NCBI RefSeq assembly: GCF_003171675.1
Contig: NZ_QFZQ01000001.1
Span: 1,094,684-1,118,683, forward strand
Direction of reading: 5' to 3'
Length of the DNA: 24,000 bases
Source of the DNA: Reichenbachiella versicolor
GTDB taxonomy: Bacteria > Bacteroidota > Bacteroidia > Cytophagales > Cyclobacteriaceae
Below are positions 7,701-16,101 of the stretch, piece by piece. The first letter of the stretch is position 1. Each line of letters begins with the position of its first letter. The notes beneath the pieces are model-generated. The model made no database searches, was not told where the DNA came from, and saw nothing but the letters and a program-made list of their open reading frames with translations. The position numbers and the translations under genes are program-made.

Positions 7701-8963
7701 ATGGCTTCATTCTTTCCGGTACTCGGCTTCCTTATTGTTAATTCCATTTATTTAATAGGAAAATTTATCACTTCAATCTTATTAGGTGTACATGATACAA
7801 GGGTCTTTATTGGCTATGGTACTAAGCAATTATTTAAGCTAAAGTTAAAAAAATTAGAACTCCACGTAGGTTGGTTTATTCCGTTGCCTTGGTTAGCTAA
7901 GTTCTATAAGTATGATGAATTTGTAAAAGAACCTATTAGTTATGAATGGCAGCTTACGAAGCATTCTATTTTAACGAGACTTTTGACAATTTATAGTGGA
8001 GCTATATTTAGTTTCCTTATGGCGATGGTAATATTTACGGGTGTTAACTACATGACCCCTAGAACCATTCTATCTATAGAGGAATTCAATAAATATGGTG
8101 TGTATCCTTCACAAGATGGGATGACATGGTTCGAAGAAGGAGACAAAATTCTACAGGTCAACGGTTCTGTGCTAAAAGAATACAGGGATATTTTTATACA
8201 GGAAAGTGATAGAGACTCGATTCGATTGACTGTAGAGAGAGATGACACATTGATTGACATATTCATACCAGCTAACCAGCTAAAACCAGATAGCTTATTT
8301 ACTATAAATGCTCCATTTACTATAGATAGCATTGTTTCGAGTTCATTCGCCTATTTTGCCAAATTGAAGAAAAGAGATCAAATCATAAAAGTAGATAATA
8401 AGCCTGTGAAATCTTTGGCTTCTTTTAAAGATGAGATTAGTCAATCCAAATCAAACTACGTTTGGCTTACTGTACTTAGACAAGGAGAAGAGATAATACT
8501 CGAGTGTCAAAAAGATCAAGACAATATTTTGGGGTTTACCAGTAGGATAGGATTGGAATATGATCAAGAGAGATTATCCTTATTACAATCTATTAAATCG
8601 GGGGCTACTTATCCATTTGAGGTTTTTTATGTAAATAGCAAGGCATTTGTGAGTCTGTTTATAGGGGAAGTGAAAACTAAAAATAGACTAGGAGGCTCTA
8701 TAGGTTTAGCCAAATTATGGTCTTCAAATGATTCTTGGTCACACTTCTTGAGAATAACCGGATTCCTTTTGTGTTTGATTTTGTACTATGAGATACTTCC
8801 AATTCCAGGTCTAGGACTTAATAGATCTATTCCATTGATTTCTGAGGCAATAGGCAGACCGATGAATAGAAAGGGATATTTCAAAACAAAGAAATACTTT
8901 TGGTGGTCTTTGTTTTTACTCTTTGTGGTGAGTGTAGTAAAGGATTTGAGTTCATTGATTTAG
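7701..8963 (+). CDS. RseP/site-2-protease (M50) homologue with PDZ domains but lacking the HExxH and LDG catalytic motifs (pseudo-protease)
   Basis: Collinear with RseP. The N-terminal TM plus GV..R.F.IG.G block is present, but IYLIGK replaces HEFGH. IPLPWLAKF corresponds to LPLGGYVKM. There are two PDZ-like segments (GDKILQVNGSVL; KKRDQIIKVDNKPVKSLASF). NRLGGSIGLAK corresponds to NLSGPISIAK. EILPIPGLGLNRS replaces NLLPIPxLDGGH. Confidence 0.6.
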   Translation: MASFFPVLGFLIVNSIYLIGKFITSILLGVHDTRVFIGYGTKQLFKLKLKKLELHVGWFIPLPWLAKFYKYDEFVKEPISYEWQLTKHSILTRLLTIYSGAIFSFLMAMVIFTGVNYMTPRTILSIEEFNKYGVYPSQDGMTWFEEGDKILQVNGSVLKEYRDIFIQESDRDSIRLTVERDDTLIDIFIPANQLKPDSLFTINAPFTIDSIVSSSFAYFAKLKKRDQIIKVDNKPVKSLASFKDEISQSKSNYVWLTVLRQGEEIILECQKDQDNILGFTSRIGLEYDQERLSLLQSIKSGATYPFEVFYVNSKAFVSLFIGEVKTKNRLGGSIGLAKLWSSNDSWSHFLRITGFLLCLILYYEILPIPGLGLNRSIPLISEAIGRPMNRKGYFKTKKYFWWSLFLLFVVSVVKDLSSLI

Positions 8964-9215
8964 TCAATTTAAAATTGGAAGACTAAATAAAATATACTAT
9001 TGATCTTGCCATTGTGGGCAACTGCTATATTTTTTAAATGCCATTACTCGATTTCTCATTTTGATCTTGTTTTCAAAATGTCTTGAGATATCCATATACT
9101 TCTGATCAAAGTCTCTCTTACCATCATCTGAATTGTCATTAGGGTTGTTCCAGTGATATATTCTTATCTGGGAACAATTATCATGCTCAAAAAGATATCT
9201 AAGTAGTGTTCTATC

Positions 9216-9686
9216 GGTTAGCTATAGCTACTAATTAACATTAAGAACACCGCAATGCAATTGCTAGATATTTCTATCTAGACTAGATTTCAGTCGTAAA
9301 ACATATGCGACCGAGCGGGGTGATGGCTCTGCCCATTGGTACCATGGCGTCTGCTGACTTCTTAGTCTCCATCTCGTGGAGTTTAAGATCTCCCTTGGTA
9401 AGGCGAATATCCTTGTATCTAATCCTGCAAGATCTACTATGTCGACACTAACTCTTTCGAGCTTTGGACTTCGGTAAGATGTGTTACCTCATCCCATCAA
9501 ATAGCCTCTGTATCTAGTTTCTGTTCATCAGTTCAGATACCGCAGTCTGGCTTACTTCACTGCATACCTCACGGTAAACCAGCTTGCCACTTGCTTAGCT
9601 TCGGGTAACGACTCCCGCGCTTACAGGACTCTCACCTTTTGGAACGTTTCTCTTTTGAGACTATATTCACCATTCAAGGCACACAC
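9216..9686 (-). mobile_element. Group II (IIC-like) intron 5' fragment: domains I-III (9321..9686) plus start of domain IV (A-type repeat 9216..9320); no intron-encoded protein
   Basis: The minus strand begins GUGUGCCUUGAAUGGUG. It also contains GGUGAGAGUCC, GUGAAGUAAGCCAGACUGCGG, CCUUACCAAGGGAG and GAAGUCAGCAGACGCCAUGGUACC. These strings closely resemble the Oceanobacillus iheyensis group IIC intron as I remember it. Confidence 0.65.
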
Positions 9687-10119
9687 TAGCTGTGATGAAA
9701 TCATGCTTGGAGAATGCTAGCTGAAAGTTTTGCTACATTCTGGTAGCTCCGCCAATTCTGCGAATTGGCCTACTGAGAAATAAAAAAGTAAGAACCCATC
9801 TCGTAGAGTTGGCTATTTAGTATATGAAACATTATCTTCACCAAGACGCACGATTCATACAGGATCGTTAGCATTCAACACAACAAACTGCAAATTATCT
9901 CATCATAAATAACCATTTTATATTTAATCAACACTCATAAGTTTACCAAACTTAAGGTTGTAAATTAACTAACATATTAGTTTGACGATTGTGAATTAAC
10001 TTACTTGAATTTTACGTGATGTAATAAAATTATGTGATTTGTCCATATCCTTGTACTTATAATTACTTTTACATTGAATTGGTATTTGATTCGATTTTAG
10101 ATAACTTAATAATAAATAA

Positions 10120-11259
10120 ATGAAGAAAATAAATCTATTTACTCTAATTCTATTAATTCACATGATTGTGGCTTGCAATAAGGATAACAATCCCATAACA
10201 AAAGAATTTGGATCTGGATCCATTACTTTTAGCCCTAAAGAAACCAAACAGTCTTTTAGTAGATCTTACTCAACCAACTTTGAAAATATACATTCTATCG
10301 TTGTTTCGATTACTGACAATGATGGCCCTTTAGCTGATTATAATAAAACTGAAATACCTATTAGTAAATTCGACGCTAGTTCAATCGCAATTGATCCAAT
10401 CGAATTGAATCCTGGAGATTATTCTATCAGCTTTTTTGAACTTAGAAATATTAATGGATTTACAGAGTATGCCACTCCTTTAATTGGCTCTGAACTTGCT
10501 GAAATGGTAAATTACCCACTGCCAATCAATTTTACAATATCTTCAGACAATGCAACGAATGTAACAATAGAGGTTATAAATACATTAAATCGTGATGCCT
10601 CAGAATTTGGTTATCTCGAACTCGACATTGCAGAAGCAGCTGAATCTGAAACTATAGTTGATTATGATGGCAACGAGTATCGTGTAATAAAAATCGGAAA
10701 TCAATGGTGGATGACAGAGAATTTGCGCTCAATACATTATAGTGACGGAAGACCAATAGAATATAGTTGGTATAATAATGAATCATCTTATGCTGAAATA
10801 TATGGTGCTTTATACGATTGGGCCTCAGTTATAGATGCTTCTAAAACTTCAAATAATACACTAAATGGTATTCAAGGAGCTTGCCCTACAGGATGGAAAG
10901 TTCCTTCCGATCAAGATTGGAAAGAACTTGAACTATTTGTAGGTATGTCAGAAGATGAAGTGAAAAAAACAGGCTATAGACTTGGAGCTGGAGGTAAATT
11001 ACGTGCATTAAATGACCTATGGAGAGAAGGTGTTGCTGGAACTGATGAATTTGGTTTTAGTGCTTTGCCAGCTGGGTATTATTTTTCAGATATGAATGAA
11101 TTCATTGCTGTTGGTACAGATGCTGCTTTTTGGACATCAACAGAGACTTCATCGGCTTTAGCCTATTGGAGAGATATATTTCATGACCAGGATCTTATTA
11201 CTAGACAGGGAGTTTCAAAAAACAACAGATTATCATGTAGGTGCATAAAAGCTCAATAA
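10120..11259 (+). CDS. Lipoprotein with C-terminal FISUMP (Fibrobacter succinogenes major paralogous, TIGR02145-type) domain
   Basis: Lipobox LIHMIVAC. The C-terminal half has DGNEYRVIKIGNQWWMTENLR, YGALYDW, CPTGWKVPSDQDWKELE, GFSALPAGY, FWTST and CRCIK, which are the hallmark FISUMP motifs. Confidence 0.7.
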   Translation: MKKINLFTLILLIHMIVACNKDNNPITKEFGSGSITFSPKETKQSFSRSYSTNFENIHSIVVSITDNDGPLADYNKTEIPISKFDASSIAIDPIELNPGDYSISFFELRNINGFTEYATPLIGSELAEMVNYPLPINFTISSDNATNVTIEVINTLNRDASEFGYLELDIAEAAESETIVDYDGNEYRVIKIGNQWWMTENLRSIHYSDGRPIEYSWYNNESSYAEIYGALYDWASVIDASKTSNNTLNGIQGACPTGWKVPSDQDWKELELFVGMSEDEVKKTGYRLGAGGKLRALNDLWREGVAGTDEFGFSALPAGYYFSDMNEFIAVGTDAAFWTSTETSSALAYWRDIFHDQDLITRQGVSKNNRLSCRCIKAQ

Positions 11260-11963
11260 TATGAAGCTACCAAATGTTTTAGGCCCGTGCTATATCTTAT
11301 TTCGCATTAATAAGAAGTCAATATAAATGAAGTTAATAATGATCTTATTAGCAATTTGAAATACCATATTCATTTTGTAAAAAACAACTGACTACCCAAA
11401 GGGAGTATATATGCCTTTGAAATAAAGTCAAAATCTCCAAGTGTTGCTTATGCACTTGAAATTGAACGGAAAACTAAAGGAGATATTAAAAAGAATTGAC
11501 AGAACAATTATAAACAGTTTAAGTTGGATAAATCAATTCCCAATAAGACATCATGAAAGAATATTATGCTTGCTCAGACGGAGATTCTTTTTATATCAAT
11601 TGCATTCATTACAAGATTTAACCTTGGTATGCCCCAACTCTTGAGTGCGAGAAAATTTTAGTAATTCAAAGGAAAATCTATGATTCCAAAAAATCAGACA
11701 GAATAACTTGACAACCAAGCTTAACTTGGAAACATATTTTGGGGCAATTGGTGGAGTAATTCAGGGAGCAAAATTGGCTTCGTTAAGGTTCATTTATGCG
11801 ATTGATAGAGAACCAAACTAAAACTATATAAATTAATTATTTAAGTAAACTATTAGCAGGCACTAGAATTCTTGAAGCAGTATGAGGCAGAGCAAGAAAA
11901 AGTGGATCAAGCTTTATTCATTAAATATCTGATCTGAGCCTTCTGAATGAACAAAACTGATGC

Positions 11964-12136
11964 TAATCGTGTAGACGGCTCCGCCCCTTATTAGGAACGG
12001 AGTGCACCTCTCACACCACCGTACCCCGTATCAAGTACGGGACAAGCTGTACAGATCTGGTATACGGCGGTTCATCAAAACTCAGTTTTACAATTTCAAA
12101 TAGTAACCCCGCTCGATCGCAATTCCATTGCGATTC
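11964..12136 (-). mobile_element. Second group II intron 3' fragment: domain V/VI-like element (11964..12080) adjacent to a domain IV stem remnant (12107..12136)
   Basis: The ~75 nt core (cctctcacaccaccgta.cccgtatcaagtacgggaca...ggtatacggcggttcatcaaa) is nearly identical to 6477..6550. The adjacent hairpin differs in sequence but still pairs. Confidence 0.55.
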
Positions 12137-12871
12137 TATTTTTGATATAGCCTTATCCATAGTCAAACTAGTCCGAAATTTTTACTTTGATAACTCCATC
12201 AAGACCTGTGTAATTAATTGTACTATTATATAGGTACTCTTCTGACTAGTCAAGCCAATTAACTCAACCAAAGCCTCTTCCATCAAAGTAATTCCTCAAG
12301 ACTAAACTACCATCATCAAAGTAAAATGATACTGGTAGTTTGGTCTTTCTTTTATGCCCTATGGATACTACAAAAGAGGTATTTACCATAGTCACCCTTT
12401 TAGGGTAAATACACTAGAGATGAAATCCTCACTTTTGAATGTGATCAAAAGTTGAGTGAATCATCACACTAGATGATGCGATAGACTTTGATTTCATATT
12501 GTAAACTATAATTCCCGATCAAAATGTATTCTATTGCCACCCAAATTACTTTCTATCGTCAAGGTGTAATTGATTTGATTACCCCATTGATATCAAACAC
12601 TTCATTGTTCTCACAAAGAATAAAACTGAAGTTGCATTCAACAAATGTCTTAAAAGGTTTGATACCCATCTGATCAGAAGACAACTGATCCACAGATCAA
12701 TTGTACTAGCTGAGCTAGATTATTTCTTCAAGCAAAAGTAGTCTCTCAAGTCAGCAGTAAAGACCAATATTAGGCAATTGCCTAACTAGGTTCATACTAT
12801 CCATTCTTTAAAAATTTTAAACCCATCCCTAAAAGTCAAATCGACTCTAGGGAATAGAATCACTGTGCCCA

Positions 12872-13771
12872 ATGAAATACAATACCATCAAAACCCAGCT
12901 AGAGCCTAATTTACTTTCTCAGCGATTGTCCGAAGAAGAAAGCACACTTCTTCATACTACAAAGGCCAAAATCTTAAACAACCTATCTAATGCATATTAT
13001 GATCCTCAGTCATTGTCCGAAGAGATGAATATGTCTCACGTTCAACTCACACGAAAGATAAAGGCATTGACAGGATATACACCCGTAGACCTGATCAAGT
13101 ACTACCGGCTAGAATACGCCAGTGTATTGTTGCTTGAGACCAATGATTCGATCAAAGAGATTACCTACAAGACAGGTTTCCTTTTACAAGGTAACTTTTG
13201 TCGAACCTTCAAAAAATGGTTTCATAAAAGCCCTTCAGATTATCGATTGGAACATAAGAAGGAGCCATTGTCATTTAAGTATCACTGTAATAGTCCCTTC
13301 TCTAAAAATGACGTTCAGTACCTCACTTGGCTTCAAAACTCACATCCATTCATAGGTCAAGTGCTGTCTACTATTATAGAGAATATCCAGCAGGATGGAT
13401 TAAATGTAAGAATACTCGCTGGGTATTTGGCGGTCGAACCTGACTATATAGATAAGACAATAGATGAATTACTGAGTCTATCGGTAAAAAAATTTATCAA
13501 GAACGTTCGTTTACAGTATGCTGCGGAAGCTTTAGTGTATGATGATGCATCTGTCACCAGTATAGGCTATACCACTGGTTTTTTTGATACAGCCCATTTC
13601 AGTAGATCATTCAAGGAAGCGTATGACTGCACCCCATCAGTGTTTAGATCTACTATTCAGAAGGGGTCATTTCCACCTTTTTTAACCATAAATCTACTGA
13701 AGTCAAAAAAAGATAAGACGAGCCGTTTTTTATACAATCAATCAAAGCATTCAGAAGATAGGTTTGTATAA
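12872..13771 (+). CDS. AraC-family transcriptional regulator made of two tandem AraC-type HTH domains and no sensor domain
   Basis: Domain 1: LSEEMNMSHVQLTRKIKALTGYTPVDLIKYYRLEYASVLLLETNDSIKEITYKTGFLLQGNFCRTFKKWFHKSPSDYR. Domain 2: LAGYLAVEPDYIDKTIDELLSLSVKKFIKNVRLQYAAEALVYDDASVTSIGYTTGFFDTAHFSRSFKEAYDCTPSVFR. It ends 27 nt before the first Reb-like ORF, on the same strand. Confidence 0.7.
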   Translation: MKYNTIKTQLEPNLLSQRLSEEESTLLHTTKAKILNNLSNAYYDPQSLSEEMNMSHVQLTRKIKALTGYTPVDLIKYYRLEYASVLLLETNDSIKEITYKTGFLLQGNFCRTFKKWFHKSPSDYRLEHKKEPLSFKYHCNSPFSKNDVQYLTWLQNSHPFIGQVLSTIIENIQQDGLNVRILAGYLAVEPDYIDKTIDELLSLSVKKFIKNVRLQYAAEALVYDDASVTSIGYTTGFFDTAHFSRSFKEAYDCTPSVFRSTIQKGSFPPFLTINLLKSKKDKTSRFLYNQSKHSEDRFV

Positions 13772-13798
13772 GAAATTAAATAATAAAGATACAAAACT

Positions 13799-13960
13799 AT
13801 GAGTCCTACATTGATACAAAGCTTTATTGCCATGACAGGGTCGATTGGCATGGTCATGCAAAACGGTGCTTCAAATCAGAAAAATGGTCAAATGGTTTCG
13901 ACAGCGTGTACCGGAGTAGCCTGTGCTATGATTGTGAAAAAAGGGGGCAATGCTAAGTGA
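13799..13960 (+). CDS. Short (53 aa) Reb-like 'core-only' protein; not in the supplied ORF track
   Basis: ATG 13799 to TGA 13960 gives MSPTLIQSFIAMTGSIGMVMQNGASNQKNGQMVSTACTGVACAMIVKKGGNAK. It aligns with the central RebB core (LYQATAQALANAAHNATTNQQQANITAQAATTQGVATLYA) at Q, N, NQ and GVA positions. It also resembles the N-domain of the collagen fusion ([30 protein letters not shown]). Confidence 0.4.
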   Translation: MSPTLIQSFIAMTGSIGMVMQNGASNQKNGQMVSTACTGVACAMIVKKGGNAK

Positions 13961-14021
13961 TAGATAGGTAACAGATAGAAAAGATAATAATCGATTAAAT
14001 CCAAAAAATAGAACTAATACC

Positions 14022-14360
14022 ATGGCAAATCAGCAAAATTCTTCAATTGGAGTCGTATCACAAGCTTCTACTCCGGTGTCTACTGTAGTAAGACAGGAGG
14101 GAGCAGGGAAAGCATACCAGTCGGTGGCGCAGTCTACTGCGATAGCCATTCAGGATGCTACGGATAACTTAAGAAACGTCAACACGATGAGCACTACAGC
14201 TCAGGGGGTAGCGATGGCACAGTTTCTCGCAACTGGTGAATCAAAGTACGCAAAGGCTCTGGAACTGGCTCAGTCTATGTCTGTAGCTGCTTCGGCTAAC
14301 TTCTTAACCGTTAGTACTAATGCGGCAGATGCACTTAAAGGATATCCCTCAGGACAGTAA
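14022..14360 (+). CDS. Divergent RebB-family (R-body/killing trait) protein, 112 aa
   Basis: AYQSVAQSTAIAIQDATDNLRNVNTMSTTAQGVAMAQFLATG parallels the canonical LYQATAQALANAAHNATTNQQQANITAQAATTQGVATLYA. It has N- and C-terminal extensions. Confidence 0.55.
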   Translation: MANQQNSSIGVVSQASTPVSTVVRQEGAGKAYQSVAQSTAIAIQDATDNLRNVNTMSTTAQGVAMAQFLATGESKYAKALELAQSMSVAASANFLTVSTNAADALKGYPSGQ

Positions 14361-14389
14361 TATTTATTTACCTATAAACAACAACACAC

Positions 14390-15406
14390 ATGGTTTTCAT
14401 GGCTGGTAAACAGATTGACAATATCAATGCATTTTCATCGCAGTTTCTGACTACTTTGAAATTGATCAATGACGGATACGCATGGTTGAAATGGGCATTG
14501 ACCAATCCTGGGCTGTCAGTATACTATGCTCAAAATGAGCAGGACTTGTTGTTGAAGATACAGAGCGGTTTGCATGAGACGCTTTTGCTTCGATGCAAAG
14601 CATTTACCATCCATCTTGAGACCATTCTTACTTTTGATGAGGCTGATTTGGAGTTGCTTATTGAGTTGTTTGATACCAATGCCAGTCAGTCTGCCAGCAT
14701 AGCTTCACTGTCCAAAAGGTATTCACTGACGACTAATAAGCAGCTAGTGACGAATGCATCTTTTCTTAAGCAATACAATCAAACCGATGCTCCAGTTTTC
14801 CAAGGAATAGGATTTGAGGATCAATTGGAGCTATACAAGTTTCAGAAATCTATCAAGGAAGGAGAGGAAACAAATGAAGCGATAGCCTTTGCACTGAGTA
14901 AGGCTTCTAACAGTAGTGAATTTGTGCACTACTCTAACTTCTATATCAATTGTATCAATCATCAACTCACTGATCAGCCTGACTCTGCAGCCAGATCAGA
15001 GCAGATCAATGATATGTACAATATGTTGGACAATGTGTGTTTTAACCTGATCTACGTGCCTCAGGTAGGGTCTTTTAATTCACAGAAGGAATTGATGGAT
15101 CATCTGAAGGATTTTATTTCAACTACCAAATTCGTAGGGTATCAGATGAAGGCATCAGCTATGGATAGCTTATCTAAAAACATACCTATTCATGGGGCAT
15201 CGGATGAGCAACTACGAAAGAACATAGAACAGTTTTTGTCATTCATCAAACAAGAAGTGGCTAGAGGACAATTTGAACCCGAACCTATGCCACAGGATGG
15301 TCAAGAACAGTTATTTAGTATAACGACTGAAAAATACAAAACAACCATAGTAGTAGATACGGAGAGCAATTTGTTCTTATCACCTACTTCGGGGTCAATT
15401 GAATAA
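14390..15406 (+). CDS. Hypothetical protein (338 aa, predicted helical), no recognisable domain; embedded among Reb-like genes
   Basis: Long uninterrupted ORF on the same strand with 29 nt spacing from the upstream gene. There is no TM or signal peptide and no motif I can name. Confidence 0.6.
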   Translation: MVFMAGKQIDNINAFSSQFLTTLKLINDGYAWLKWALTNPGLSVYYAQNEQDLLLKIQSGLHETLLLRCKAFTIHLETILTFDEADLELLIELFDTNASQSASIASLSKRYSLTTNKQLVTNASFLKQYNQTDAPVFQGIGFEDQLELYKFQKSIKEGEETNEAIAFALSKASNSSEFVHYSNFYINCINHQLTDQPDSAARSEQINDMYNMLDNVCFNLIYVPQVGSFNSQKELMDHLKDFISTTKFVGYQMKASAMDSLSKNIPIHGASDEQLRKNIEQFLSFIKQEVARGQFEPEPMPQDGQEQLFSITTEKYKTTIVVDTESNLFLSPTSGSIE

Positions 15407-15520
15407 AGCTGCCAGACGGGCATCTACGAGATTTTTAAACTATTCGACCAAAGGGTCGAGAAATAAACTCAAAGGGCTATTGCCTTACGAACAACTAGAA
15501 TTAGAAAAGAAAAAATTATC

Positions 15521-16027
15521 ATGGACAATTCAGAGATAATAAACAACCTGAAGCAGCTTCAGGATTTGCTTACCGAGAGAGAGGAGTCTAAGTCAATGAC
15601 TATGGTAAACACCGTGATGGCGGAGACTCTGGGAATGTCGATGCACAATGCAGTCTCCGCTCAGCACAATGCCCAAATGGTCAATGCTGCTGCGACTACG
15701 AGCACCTGTGCGAGGATCATTGCAACAATAGGAGAGAAACCTCATACTCCAGGCCCTCCAGGTCCTCCGGGTCCAAAAGGTCCTGCGGGTGAAATAGGAC
15801 CAGATGGTTTGAGAGGACCTGTAGGAGCGACGGGGGCACAAGGTCCGATTGGCATCGTAGGTGAGCAAGGTCCTAAAGGAGAGCCTGGCAATCCATCTGA
15901 AACGGTGAAGGTGGAGATCGTAGATAATCCGAGCAGTACACCTAGCAAAACGGATCCGCCGGCTACTCCAACGACTCCAACTACACCTAGTAGTCCTTCG
16001 AACCCTAATCCGGGTGGTAGTCACTGA
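15521..16027 (+). CDS. Reb-like N-terminal domain fused to a collagen-like triple-helix repeat and a Pro/Thr/Ser-rich tail
   Basis: The N-terminus [43 protein letters not shown] is Reb-core-like. Then 16 uninterrupted G-X-Y triplets follow ([48 protein letters not shown], nt 15752..15895). The tail is [29 protein letters not shown]. Confidence 0.7.
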   Translation: MDNSEIINNLKQLQDLLTEREESKSMTMVNTVMAETLGMSMHNAVSAQHNAQMVNAAATTSTCARIIATIGEKPHTPGPPGPPGPKGPAGEIGPDGLRGPVGATGAQGPIGIVGEQGPKGEPGNPSETVKVEIVDNPSSTPSKTDPPATPTTPTTPSSPSNPNPGGSH

Positions 16028-16101
16028 ACTGCAAAAGTGGCTGGACACTTAGGAAAGTTGTACGGACACTTAAAACGAAAGAATAACTCATAGATAAGAA
16101 T

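Noticed and set aside
8048-8332. 94 aa ORF antisense to the RseP-like gene
   Set aside because: It is a shadow ORF within a CDS supported by family collinearity.
9740-9775. Perfect 8 bp hairpin gccaattc-gca-gaattggc upstream (minus-strand sense) of the intron 5' end, considered as the terminator-like target typical of IIC introns
   Set aside because: It lies about 70 nt from the GUGUG start rather than immediately adjacent, and it has no T-run. I cannot link it to intron targeting from this sequence alone.
11441-11644. 67 aa ORF (GTG start) in the long non-coding stretch
   Set aside because: It has basic, low-information sequence, no motif and no neighbouring operon context, so it is likely spurious.
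13122-13355. 77 aa alternative-frame ORF inside the AraC gene
   Set aside because: The other frame carries two clear AraC HTH domains.
15593-16048. 151 aa and 68 aa minus-strand ORFs across the collagen-like region
   Set aside because: GC-rich GGN-CCN triplet repeats keep antisense frames open. The plus-strand frame has the Reb-like N-domain and a perfect G-X-Y periodicity, and it matches the operon orientation.
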